Assembly: GCA_013265495.1 (NCBI GenBank)
Contig: MU058103.1
Coordinates: 622,001-686,000, forward strand
Source of the DNA: Vicugna vicugna
Taxonomy: Eukaryota
Direction: 5' to 3'
DNA length: 64,000 bases
Shown here: piece after piece, positions 13,760-26,370 of the stretch
Layout: every line of letters starts with the position of its first letter
How positions within the stretch are numbered: the first letter of the stretch is position 1
Position numbers and translations under genes: made by a program
The notes under the pieces: model-generated
Database searches by the model: none
Seen by the model: the letters and a program-made list of their open reading frames with translations, nothing else
What the model was told of the DNA's origin: nothing

Positions 13760-14100
13760 GCATAATGCAAAGGATATCTGCTTCTTGTTCAGGAAGGGGG
13801 GTGCTCTTGGTTGGGCAATTCTTCTCCAAGCAGTATTCAGTGACCCAGACTCCTTGCGCCTTGGGTTTCTGCCATCTTCAATTTGTAATTCCCAGGCTTT
13901 CCCTGGAGGCCTCTATTTCAGCCAGCAAAAATGGGAAAAGAGCAGGGAGGGTTACATAGGAGACATTTGTAAACCAGGCTTGAGAGGAGTGTCGCATTTC
14001 GTTGACTAGAATTAGTCACATGGGAACTTCTAATTGTAAGGGGAGCTGGGAAATGTAGTCTCAAAATGAGCCCAGGTAAGATTATAAACAAACAAACAAA
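13760..14100 (-). mobile_element. Old MLT1 (J/K/L-like) LTR fragment
   Basis: 'gaattagtcacatggg...taattgtaaggggagctgggaaatgtagtct...gagcccagg' is the reverse complement of the MLT1K-type 5' region. Confidence 0.7.
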
Positions 14101-17100
14101 TAAATAGGAAGCACAGATGCCATGATGCTGCTATTGAATGTCGACAAAATTACCCTCTCTAGGAAAAGTTTCTAAAAAGTAAAAATTGTTAATTTTGTGA
14201 TAACCATTCTTCTGTTAGCTCTATCTTCCCAAAGCCTTCAGAGCAAAAGCAGAGAAAAGAGAATGCCCTTGCAAAATATTTTTAAGATGATATCAATTTA
14301 CATCCGCATAATCTTTTGAGGTAAAACTAGGGATGTATGTGTGTGTGCGCCCATGCATGTGTGTCATGGAGACAGGAATTAATAAAATCTGGATTCAAAT
14401 CCAGATCGATCTGTGCAAAGCTTATATTCTTTCTATCACACCAAGCAGATTCTATGAGTAACCTTAAGAAAATGAATTAATTTACAGCAGAAGCAGATAC
14501 CAGGATGCTCTGGTAACTAGATATTTAACAATTGTTTGACCTTAACTTCTTAAATAAACTCTTACATCTTGCATTAGACCCTCAAGCAACATATACACAA
14601 AAACACCTATTTATTAAAAGTGCAGTAGCAAAACGACTTGACCTAGAATGAGAACCTTAAATTTTCTGTATTTAAGTCCAAGGAAACTTCAGATCATCCT
14701 CCTCCTCTGCATTTCCCTACACCTCCATAGCCATGTTTGCTAAGTCTCCTTATTTGAAAAATGGAAAAACTGAAGAAAATCTAGTACTATATATTAAAAG
14801 AAAGGAAATATCACCCTGAATATTCAGAGGTATCTTGAACCTCTATAAGCTTTTCTTTTAGATATGCAACGCCTTATAGACCACAGAAGGCAGAATTAGA
14901 GCTGATAATTGTTACCAGTTCTGGAAAAAAAAAAACTTTCACAATAAAGCCTATCTAGAATAGAGCATTTATTAGAAATTTGTGATGTAGCCACAAAACT
15001 CATAAGAAGATAATCCTGGGCTATTCAATTTTTCAGTTTGATTAGCCACTTGATAATGGAATATAGTATAGTATTATATTAGGCTCTACACTCTGTACAT
15101 TTGCCAGCTGAGTGAATCCTCCTTTGAGCCAGAGGTAAATTGATATGCACCGCTAGCCTATTCCCTTGGTTGGCCAGGTCCTTCTTTAGTGCATCCACTA
15201 TTCTGAGACAGAATTGTCTCCCACCTGTCTTGCTGAGATCCTGAGATTTAGGGGGTGGGACTGAGTATAGGAATAAATAGCTCCTATTGCCAGGATGTAT
15301 TTCCACAAACAGTAGTCATATTTCTACCCTACCTAGCTCTTATTTGAGGGAATATATATGAGAAATGTGCCTTTTGTGACCCAATGAATTACCATCATTT
15401 TCCTCCAAACTCCCTCCCCTTTCTTTTCACATAATTCCCCTCATTTCTGACCTATTTTTCTGAGATGATCTTGCCAAGTGAATATATTTTTTGTTTTTTG
15501 TTGGCTTGGTTGTTTATTTCAAAGTGGGGTGGGTCACCCTACTTCAGGTATCAAATAAAATAGAAGATGTATCTTTCTGTTTACTTTCTGAGGACAAGCC
15601 TTGGTACGTTACCACATGTATTTCATAATCTAAACCACTCAGCCTGGAAATTAGTAGAAATCTCTCCAGATTTGTCTGTTGGTTTTAGTTTTTCATATTA
15701 GTTTCAACTTTTTTCCCCTGAAAATTTATAGATTAATATTTTGATGAGAGAGGATATTGCCATGGCTATCTCTTAGATATTATTTAAAGCTGCATTGTTT
15801 GTGGTTACTAAATGGGTAAATGAATAACAAATGGACAAATGAGTGAATAAACTAACTATGGTCACCAAAAAACTAGGGAACCTCACCTCAGTTGGTGATG
15901 ACACTGAGGAGAGGGCCAATTCTGTGTGCAATCACTGAGAAAATTACTGCAATTCTCCAATAGGCTTAGAAAGACAGGCTCATTCCTGAACAGAATAATA
16001 ATAAAAATGCCAACATCTTCCGGAACAAAAGACACCGCTACAGTTCCAATTGTAAACATGTTGTTTATCTCAAAATACTCCTGTTGATAGCTTGGCATTG
16101 GGAGTAATCATTGTATAACAATGCTCTCACACTGCAAGGGAATGAATATAAAAAATGAATGTTTCACAGATGATAAACGTAAATGCAGGCAGCACTTAAT
16201 ATTTTAATTAAAAAAAAAACCTTTTCTTTTGGAACTCAAACCTCTAGAAGATTGCTCAGAGATACTCTCCTCCCTGGAAATGAAAGACAAAAAAATTCAC
16301 TAAGGAGCACTGCCATTTCTGTAGCAGATGAAAAAGACACAAATGTGAGAGAATCCTGCTAGTTACACAAGGATTGGGACCATTATAAAAACTAATAGAA
16401 GACAAAAGCAGTTTGAAGCAGATAAATGTAGCCTAATGATGGCTTTGATGAGCCTTTGTCTCTCAGCTCTTTGTGCGCACTTAAAATATGAGGAATTAAA
16501 AAAGAGAGAGAGCAAAATAGTCAGAGACTTATCTGTGTGTGTCACTAATGAGTGATGAGAACTGGAAAGACAAAGGATGAATCTCAGCGGTTTTGATGTG
16601 TCTTTATCAGATATGTCTGTGTGAATTACAAAATATGAGGCATGACAAAGAGTAGGAGTGGAGAAAAAGGGAAGAGATAAGCTTGATAAGTGAAGAGGAA
16701 TACATTAGACTTTTTTGTGAGAGGAATATGAGTCAGTGGGGAGATGCCTCTCCCGAGGTTTTCCTAAAAGTAATCAGCCAATTGATTATCTGTATGAGTG
16801 TCCCAATATAACCTGTGCAGAGTTGAATTTACATTAAAGCCCAGGCCAGGGTCCTCTATAGAGAGGAATCCTGAGTTTGGCTCCTCAGGGAAATACTCAA
16901 GTAATTCAGTCAACAAGAGTAAAGGAAGTGCAGACTGTCTGCACACACAGCCATTTTACTTAGCCTGACTAGACTCCGTGGAGCCATCAGTCAAATTGAT
17001 CGTCAATTCAGTTCATTTTTCTTTTCAATCTGACCAATTTTTAAACTCAACTGACAATCACTTCAGTCCAAGTACCTATGTGTGTGGACATTGCCAAATG

Positions 17101-17464
17101 AAACTATGTGTTTTGTCTATGAAAATACTAACCTAGGTTGGAACACCCGCTGTTCCACTTATTTGCAGTGTGTTCTCAAGCCACTTAACATTTGGGGTTC
17201 CACTGTCCTTAATTGTCAACTCAGTATGATAATACCTATTGTATCAGAGTTTATAAAAATGGAAAGAAAAAAAATGTATGCAAATGCAAAGTACTGTGCT
17301 ATTACTTGGAGTAGAATTTGGTGTTGTACTGAAGTGCTCTGTGTAATAATGGGATAAAAATGCAAAATTGTTGGGTAAAAGAGGAGGAACATACTTTGAG
17401 GATAAAAAGGAAATACCAAGAAAAGACTCAGGAAATAATACATCTACTAAGGAGACTTAAGGTG

Positions 17465-17945
17465 TATCAACTGAAATAAAATCATACAATGTGAGAGTTG
17501 TGGGTCAAGTTTTATCTGGGGCAAAATGAGGATTATAGCCCGGGAGACAGCATCCCAGAAAGCTCTGAGAAACTGTTCCAAAGAGGCTGGGGGAAACTCA
17601 ATATTATATGTGATTTCAGTGAAGGGGGGGACCTGCAATCAAGCACATATCTAGGCAGAGGTTTGCTGCTAGTCACGAGGCACAGATGTCCCCCTTAATG
17701 ATTTTAGTGCTCTTCTAGATATGAGCAGATGTGAGAATTGGGGTCATAAAATCTTCTCCTGAAAATATCTAACTATCTGAAGGCCTGTTCAGCCAGTTTT
17801 CCCAGAGCACAGAGGGCCCCATTCCTGATCTCAATCTTGAATTCCTTTCAGGATGTGTTGGAGGTCAGCGGCTGGAGTGGCTCATGATTTCATCCAAGCA
17901 GAGTTAGATGGCAAGTGCCAGTGTGACCCAGTCTTTGTAGAGGCA
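17465..17945 (-). mobile_element. ERV1 solo LTR, MER41-like
   Basis: 'caatgtgagagttgtgggtcaagttttatctggggcaaaatgaggattatagcccgggagacagcatc...agctctgagaaactgttccaaagagg' is characteristic of the MER41-related LTRs of laurasiatherians. Confidence 0.75.
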
Positions 17946-17949
17946 CTGG

Positions 17950-19105
17950 TGAAAGACACAAATTAACTGACTCTCAATTCTGGAGACTGGAAGTCCTACA
18001 TCAGGGTGTCTAAGGATATACTTCTTCTAAATGTGCTAGGGAAGAAGCTGTTCCAGAACTCTCTTCTTGCCTCTGATGGTTCCTTTGTTAGTGGAAAGGA
18101 GGCCCACCGAAGTGGGGGTTTTTGCTGCCAGCTGCTAAAGTTTTCTCAGAGGAACAAGATGAAGAAGCTGCTTTACTTCTCAGGGACAAAGTGAAAAGGC
18201 TGCTTTATTTCTCAAAAGAGAAAAAGGAAGGAAAGCACTCCAGCGGGGAATTATCAGCCAAGATGACCCGTAGAGACAACTGTGGCCAGGGTCAGGCCAC
18301 ACGGAGATTTATGGGGGGGCTTTTGCTGTTCATTATATCTTTGTTCCAGGTATGCTGGAGCCAATCAGTGCTTGTATGGGCTTTTCCAGTGGTTGTCATG
18401 GCAATCATCAACTGTCATAGCGCTGGTGGGTGTGTCATTTAGCATGCTAATACATGACAGTGAGCACATAATAAGGCTCAAGTTTCACTGGAAGTCACCA
18501 TCTTGGGCTCCTTTGGCCTAATCAGTTCTTATTTCTTCTCTTTGCAGCTGCCTCCTGAGACTTAGAAAAGAGTAATTGGTTTCTAGTCAAAGAAGGGGCA
18601 AGGGGTATGATCCTAGGGGCAACAACCTTGGTAACTGAAAGGGAAGTTGCTTTTCATCAGAATATGTACAATCTGGGTGTACCTAGCATCCCCTTAAAAA
18701 AAAATCTCTGATAATTTTGTTCAGCCATGACAGTTTTAAAGAGAAGTGGGGGAGTAACCTCAGTTTATCATTGAGATAGGTGGTCAGAGCTGTTGCCATC
18801 CCCCAATGCCTACAGACTTGTCCAATTCAACTGCTTGAGCCTGCTTTTCTATGACTTAGGGAGGCCTGGAGGCTTCAGCTTTTCTATAAACAAGAGGTAG
18901 GCGTTGGGGGTGGGGACTCACAGGGTCCTGGTTGATATCACCTTGGCTTGTGCAACACAATTCCAGCCTTGGCATGGAGTTCTCTGTGTCTGTGTGTCCA
19001 AATTTCCCCTTTGTCTAAGGACACTAGGCGTTTTGTCTAGTTAGGGCTCATTCAATTCCAGTATGACCTCATCAAATTTTGATGGACACAGTTTAACCCC
19101 TAATA
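17950..19105 (-). mobile_element. MLT1 (B/C-like) LTR split into 17950-18085 and 18941-19105 by a younger LTR
   Basis: 'ttctggagactggaagtcc...ctagggaagaa' is continued after the insert by 'ccttggcttgtg...gtgtccaaatttcccctt...aaggacac...ccagtatgacctcatc'. Confidence 0.75.
18086..18940 (-). mobile_element. ERV1-type LTR insertion (855 bp)
   Basis: TG...CA termini; 4-bp TSD CCTT at 18082-18085 and 18941-18944; minus-strand AATAAA near 18205. Confidence 0.8.
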
Positions 19106-19883
19106 CTCACTAACACGTTACTGGTCATGGATTTTTGCTTTTTTCTAGAAGAAATTAAAAAGTGCTCTGTTCTCCATGTTGATGGAGAAAAATAGAGACT
19201 GCACTGATGTGGAAGAAGAGGCCTGGAGGGAGAGCTGATATGTAGGTTATGAGTACAAAATAGCATCAGTGAATCAATTATAGCAGTAAACAGTCATTGA
19301 GAGGTGCTTTATACTGGGCATGGACAAGTGCAAGAAGGTAGATCCTAGCCCTTTGAGGATCTCAAGGTGTAATGATGGAAATTCACCAAGAGATAATGTC
19401 AGTGATAATGATAAGCTATGGGCCAAATTACAATGAGAGCCCAGCAAAGTCATTCACATGTTCATTAGAAGTCTATGAAAAAACAGTTTATCAACATAGG
19501 TATTTCATGTTAAGCTTATCTTCCTAAAATAATCTTTCTCTAAAAAATCTAGAAGGTTGGCATAAATGCCTATGGCTGCATGACCACTAAATGGAGTAAC
19601 TGGGTATGTTTTTAGGTCTATGTCACTTTCTGTTCTACCCCAGTGTCAAGTCTCCCATCCACAAAGAATGTGAACACTGAAGTATTGGTAAAATACGAGT
19701 GAAATTCAGATCAGTTCCTCAAGAGAACCTTTAATTTTGGTGTTAGAATACTATTTGAATATGATACCTTATGTTCAGTATCACATCTAATGATTTTGAT
19801 ATATTTGTGGAAATAATTTACATATATATATAGAGAGAGTTAGAGTAGTTTTGGATTCACAGCAAAACAGATTGCAGTTTCCT

Positions 19884-20078
19884 AACTGCTATATATAAAA
19901 ATAGATTTTAAAACAATTTTCTTCTATATAGCACAGAGAACTGTATTTAATATCTTGTAATAACCTTTCATGAAAAAAGAATATGAAAATGAATATATGT
20001 ATGTATATATGGGACATTGTGCTGTACACCAGAAATTGATACATTGTAACTGATAATACTTCAATAAATTAAAAAAAA
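19884..20078 (+). mobile_element. Short L1 3'-terminal insertion inside L1MC1
   Basis: 'tatatagcacagagaactgtatttaatatcttgtaataacc...tgctgtacaccagaaattgatacattgtaac...acttcaataaattaaaaaaaa' ending in an A-tail. Confidence 0.85.
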
Positions 20079-23000
20079 GGGGCAGCAATTTCCCATATAC
20101 TCCCCACCCCTACACATGCATAGTATCCACCATTATCAACTCCCCCCACCAGAATTGTACACTTGTTACAAGTGATGAACTTCCACTGAAGCATCATTAA
20201 TACCCAAAGTCCATAGTTTACATTACAGTTCACTGTTGGTGTTGTACATTTTATGGGTTTGCAAAAATGTATTATGGTATGTATCCCTTATTATAGTGTT
20301 ATACAGAGTATTTTCACTGTTTTAAAAATCCTCTGTTCTCTGCCTATTCTTTCCTCTTCCTCACCTTACCAACTCCTGGCAATCTTTGTACCATCTCCGT
20401 AGTTTTACCTTTTTCCAGAATGGCATATGCTTAGAATGACACAGTATGTAGCTTTTTCACATTAGCTTCTTTCACTTACTAGTATACATTTAAGGTTCCC
20501 TTGTGTCTTTTCATGGCTTGATAGCTCATTTTTTTAAGCACTGAATAATAGCCATTGTCTGAACATGCCACAGTTTATTTATCCATTAATATACTGAGGG
20601 AAATCTTGGTGGATTTCACATTTTGGCAATTATGAATATAGCTTCTATAAACATTTCCGTGCAGGTTTTTTATGTGGATGTAACTTTTCAACTCCTTTAG
20701 CTAAGTACCAAGGAGTGTGATTCCTGGATCATATGGTAAGACTATGTTTAGTTTTATAAGAAACTGCCAAACTGTCTTCCAAAGTGGTTGTAAGATTTTG
20801 CATTCCCACTAACAATGAATGAGATTTCATGTTGCTCAACATTCTCACCAGCATCTTGTGTTGTGTGTCGTATGGCGTTTGGCCATTCTGATAGGTGTGA
20901 AGTGGCATCTCATAGTTGTTTAGCTTGCATTTCCCTGGTGACATATGCTGTTGAACATCTTTTCATATGCTTATTTGCCATCTGTGTATCTTCTTTGATG
21001 AGTTGTCTGTTAGTCTTTGTCCCCACTTTTAAATCAGGTTGTTTTCTTACTGTTGAATTTTAAGAAGTATTTATGTACTTTGAAAACAATTCTTTATTAG
21101 ATGGGTCTTTCACAAATATTTTCTCCCAGTCGGTGGCTTGTCTTCTCATTCTCTTGATGTTGTCTTTCACAGAGCAGACATTTTTCTTAATTTTTAACAA
21201 AGTCTAGGTTATCAGTTATTTCTTTCATGGATCTTTGATGTTGTATCTAAGAAGGCATCACCATACCAAGGTCATATAATTTTACTTCTATATCATTTTC
21301 TAAGAGTTTTACAGGTTTGCATTATAGATTTATCTATAATCCATTTTGGGTTAATTTTTGTGAAGTATGTAAAGTCTGTGTCCAGATCTATTTCTTTTAA
21401 ATATGGGTGTCCAGTTGCTCCAATATCATTTGTTGAAAAAACTATTTTCACTCCATTGTGTTGATTCCTTTCCCTTGTCAAATATCAGTTGACTGTATTT
21501 ATGGGGTTCATCTCTGAGCTCTCTAGTCTGTTCTTTTGATTTATTTGCCTCTTCTTTTTCCAGCACCATGCTGTCTTGATTATTATAGCTTTACAGTAGG
21601 TCTTGGAGTTGGGTAGTGTTGGTCTTCCAACTTTATTCTTCTCCTTCATTATTGTGTTGGTTATTCTGGGTCTTTTGCCTCTCCATGTAAAATTCAGAAT
21701 CAGTTTGTTGGTATCTACTATATAACTTGCTGGAGTTTTGATTGGAATGACATTGAATATATAGATCAAGTTAGAAAAAAACTGATGTCTTGACAATTTG
21801 AGTATTCCTACCCATAAATATGGAATCTCTCCCTTTATTTAGTTCTTTTTTCATTCACCAGACTTTTATAGTTTCCTCATATAGATCTTGTATGTATTTT
21901 GTTAGACTTGTACCTATGTATTTCATTTTTGGGGGAGCTAATATAAATGGCATTGTATTTTTAATTTTAAGTTTCCCTTGTTCATTCATTTCCCCTCTGT
22001 TCATATATATATATATATGATTTGACTTTTATACATTGACTTTATATTTTGAAAACTTTCTATAATCATTTGTTTTTTGTCAATTCTTTCAGTTTTTTTA
22101 CATAAACAATCATGCCATTTATGATCAGTTTTATTCCTTTTATCCCAATCTATATACAGTTTATTTCCTTTACTTCTCTTATTGCATTAGCTAGTAATTC
22201 CATTACAATGTTGAAAAGTAATGGTAGGGGACATCTTGCCTTAATGGGAAAACTTCTAGTTTCTCACCATTAAAAATAATGCTAGTTATAGAACTAGCAT
22301 TCTAGGACTAGGACTAGATATTCTTTATTAAGTTGAAGAAGTTCGCCTCTATTCCAAGTTTACTGAGAGTTTTTATCATAAATGTGTGTCGGATTTTGTG
22401 AAATGCTTCTTCTGCATCTTTGACACAATCATGTGATTTTTCTTTCTAAGTTTGTTGATGTGATGGATTATATTAATTAATTTTCAAATAATGAAACTGA
22501 TTTACATACCTGGGATAAATCCTGCAGGGTTGTGGCATATAATTATTTTTAACTATTATTAGATTGGATTTGCTGTTATTTTGCTGAGGATTTTTACATC
22601 TATGTTCATCAAAGATATTGATCTATAGCTTTTGTTTCTGGTGATGTTTTTGTCTAGGTTTGGCATTAGGGTAATGCTTACTTCACAGAATAAGGTAGGG
22701 AGTATTTCTTCTGCTTCTGTGCTCTGAAAGACATTGTCAAGAATTGGAAGTTTTTCTTTAAAATTTGGTAGAATTTACTAGTGAACATACCTAGACCTGG
22801 TGCTCTCCATTTTAGGAATGTATTAATTACTAATTCAAATTCTTATATTGATTTATTCAGGTTATTTATTTCTTCATGTTGAAGGCCTGGCAAATTGTAT
22901 CTTTCAAGGAATTGATCCATTTTGTCTAAGCTATCAAGTTTGTGGGCATAGAGTTGTTCATAGTTTTCCTTTATTATCCTTTTAATGTCTGTTGTATCTG

Positions 23001-24565
23001 TACTGATGTCTTCTCTTTCATTTCTGACATTAGTAATTTGTGTCTTCTTTCTCTTTCTTTTCCTTTTTTTTTCTTTATAAAGTTAGCCTGACTTGAGAAT
23101 TATCTATTTTATTAATTTTTTTTCAAGGAATCAGCCCTTGGATTTATTAATTTTCTTTATTCATTTCCAATTTTCCATTTCACTGATTTCTGATCTAATT
23201 CTTACATTTCTTTCTTCTCCTTAATTTAAATTTAATTTTATCTTTTTTGCTAGTTTCCTAAGATGGAAGCTTATTTTAGATTTTTATTCCTTTCTAATAT
23301 ACACATTCAGTACTAAAAATTTCCCTCTAAGTCCTGCTTTTGTTGTATCCCACAAACTTTGATAAATTATGTCTTCTTTTGTATTAAGTTTAAAATATTT
23401 TAAAATTTCTCTTGAGATTCCTTCTTTTACCTGTAAGTTATTTAAAAGTATGTTGTTTAATCTCTATGCTTTTTAGAATTTTCCAGTTACCTTTCTGTAT
23501 TGATTTATAATTTAATTCTATTGTAGTCTGAGAACAGACACTGTATGCTTTTTATTACATTTTTCAAAGTGTGTTTTATTACCCCAAATAAGTTATTTCT
23601 TGGTGAATGTTCCATATGAGCTTGAAGAAAAAAGATGTATTCTACTGTTGCTGGATGATGTAGTCTAGATGTCAATTACATCCGATTGATTGATGGTAAT
23701 ATTTAGTTCAACTGTGCCCTTACTGATTTTTAGCCTGATGAATCTGTCCATTTCTAATATTAGGGGTATTAAAGTGTCCAACTATACAGTGGATCCATCT
23801 ACCTCCCCTTGGAAATCTTCCAGCTTTTGCTTCATGTAGTTTTATGCTCTGCTTTTAGTTGTATATACATTAAGAATTATTTCTTCTTGGAGAATTTACC
23901 CCTTTCTTATTATGTAGTGCCCTCCTTTACAATAAATAGCTTTCCTTACCTTAAAGTTGGCCCTGTTTGAAATTAACATAACTATTCCTACTTTCTTTTG
24001 ATTAGTGTTAGTGTGCTATCTTTTTCTCCATTTTCTGGATGGGTTAATATATGTCTTTGTATTTCAGATGAGTTTCTTATAGACAGCATATAATTGGGTC
24101 TTGGTTTTTGATCTACACTATTTTTACCTTTTAATTAGTATCAAAGGGATTATTGATAGTTGAATTAACAGCTACCATATTTGTCACTGTGTTCTATTTG
24201 TTTTCCTTGTTCTTTGTTTCTACTTTTTGACTTCTACATTTTTTCTGCCTTTTGTAATTTTAACTGAGTATTTTATATGATTCCATTTTCTCTCCTTTTC
24301 TACCATAGCAGCTAAAATTCTTTTTTTTTAATTTTGTTAGTGGATGTCTGAGAGTTTATAATATACATTTACAACTAATCCAAATCCATGTTCAAATAAC
24401 ATTATAATAGGATTATAATAGGTGGATATCAGAAAAATGGTGGAATAAGAGTTTAACATCGTCTTCATTCCAAAGAGCAATGATTCTGACAGTTTCCCAT
24501 GAACAAGAGTGTCTGTACAATTCTGGGAGTCTAGCAAAGAATTTCCAGCACACTGTTGTATATAA

Positions 24566-24625
24566 ATAGATAGACCGATAAATAGATAGATAGATAGATT
24601 GATAGATAGACAGAAAGACAGATAA
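24566..24625. repeat. (TAGA)n tetranucleotide microsatellite, imperfect
   Basis: Directly visible. Confidence 0.9.
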
Positions 24626-25023
24626 ATAAGTATCTGATGTTGAACTCATTGAAAAGAGAAAGTTTTATCTTACGTGCAATACTACTCCCCCAAGGTAGCA
24701 CAGCTTAATCTTCTTGGCCTGTAGTTTCCTCAAAAGGGAAAACAAAAGTTTATCAGTTAATTACTTGGTTTCCCAGCTGTGCAGGATGCTACCAAAGAGA
24801 CTCCCTTCTTTCTCACCCTATCCAGAATACTGGAGTTTTCTGTACAGCTGAGGGGCAATGAAGGACCAACAGAACAGCAGCCAGGGCTCTGAGGTTTTCA
24901 TAGGATGTGAACCTTACCAACGGCTTTGAGTACTCCATCAGGAAGCCCACCCAGATGTCTCTGAGGACACCTCACCTGAAGATTCCCACAACTGGCCCAC
25001 AGATACCACCAGTGCTCTGCATG

Positions 25024-25025
<2 letters not shown>

Positions 25026-25058
<33 letters not shown>
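25026..25058. repeat. (CA)n microsatellite, ~16 units
   Basis: Directly visible. Confidence 0.95.
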
Positions 25059-25061
<3 letters not shown>

Positions 25062-25428
25062 CAACTCCACAACCAGCTCCCTATGCACACTCTTGTAGGG
25101 AGTGTGAGATTGGTAATGTAGGTAACTAGCAAGCACACTCAGAAAGCTGGCCCAAGTCTGTAGGCTTGGGAGAAAACAGACAAACTTGAGCACTTGACAT
25201 CACCCTAAGGAAAATAAATAGGGCATTGTCAGCACCTGGCTTGCCTTTACAGGGTCAAGAGAAGGCATACAATCTTAAGAGCTTCCCCAATGATGGAATA
25301 AGAAGTGTAGAGCAGGCGTGTCCATAGAAAAGGTCTGAAACAGTCTCAGAATCCCTAACAGGGATGACAGAAGGATTTATCTCCTGAAATCATTCAGTAA
25401 AGATCGAAGGATGTTGTTCTGTCTTTAA

Positions 25429-26370
25429 ATGCAAAGACAGCAGCAGTCAACTTTAAGGAACACGAAAAATCAAGAAAACATGACACCACAAAAGGAGCAC
25501 AATAATTTCCCAGTAACTGACCCAAAAGAAATAGAGGCCTTTGATTTGCCTGATAAAGAATTTAAAATAGTTGTTTTAAGAAAGCTGAGTAAACGACAAG
25601 AGAAAACAGAAGAAAAATTCAGTGAAATCAGGAAAACAATATAGGAAGAAAAGAAGTTTAACAGAGAAATAGAAATCATTGTAGGGAACCAAACAGAATT
25701 CTGGGGCTGAAGAATACAATGAGTAAAATGAAAAATTCAATAGGTAGCCTTAACAATAGACTTGATCAGGCAGAAGAAAGAATCTGTCAAATCAAAGACT
25801 GATTATTTGAAATGATCCCATCAAAGGAGAACAGAAAAGAAAAGAAAAATAGTTAAGGAAAGCCTACAGGAATTATGGGATACCACAAAGTGAAACAATT
25901 GTTGCAGTTTCAAAAGGAGAAGAAAAGGGGAAAGAGGTAGGGATCTTATTTAAAGAAATAATGGCTAAGAATCCCAAACCTGGGGAGAGATTCAGACATC
26001 CAAATTTATGAAGCTCATAGATCCCCTAAAATACTCAACTCAAAGAGATCTCCAAGATACATTATAAGAGAACTATCTAAAATCAAAAGCAAAGAAAATA
26101 CTAAGGTGGTAAGAGGAAAAAAAAATGTTCCTCACATACAATGGGATTTCTATAAACTATCAGCAGTTTTTTTAGCAGAAACTTTGCAGGCTATTAGAGA
26201 GTGGGATGATATATTCAGGGTGCTGAAATAAAAGAACTACCAACAAAGAAAATTTTATCCAGTAAAGTTGCCCTTCAGAAATAAAGGAGAGATAGAGCCT
26301 TTCCCAGACAAACAAAAGCTGAGGAAGTTTATTGCCACTAGACTTGCCTTCTAAGAAATGTTGAAATTAA
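25429..26370 (+). pseudogene. L1 ORF1p pseudogene
   Basis: MTPQKEHNNFPVTDPKEIEAFDLPDKEFKIVVLRKL is a classic ORF1p N-terminus; the downstream part is broken by stops and frameshifts. Confidence 0.85.

Larger units (their letters stand above)
24421..26370 (+). mobile_element. LINE-1 5'UTR plus ORF1 (no ORF2), nested in L1MC1
   Basis: Starts 'gatatcagaaaaatggtggaataag' (decayed L1 5' start); ORF1p-like text from 25429; ORF1 C-terminal 'FPDKQKLRKFIATRLA' at ~26300-26350. Confidence 0.85.
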
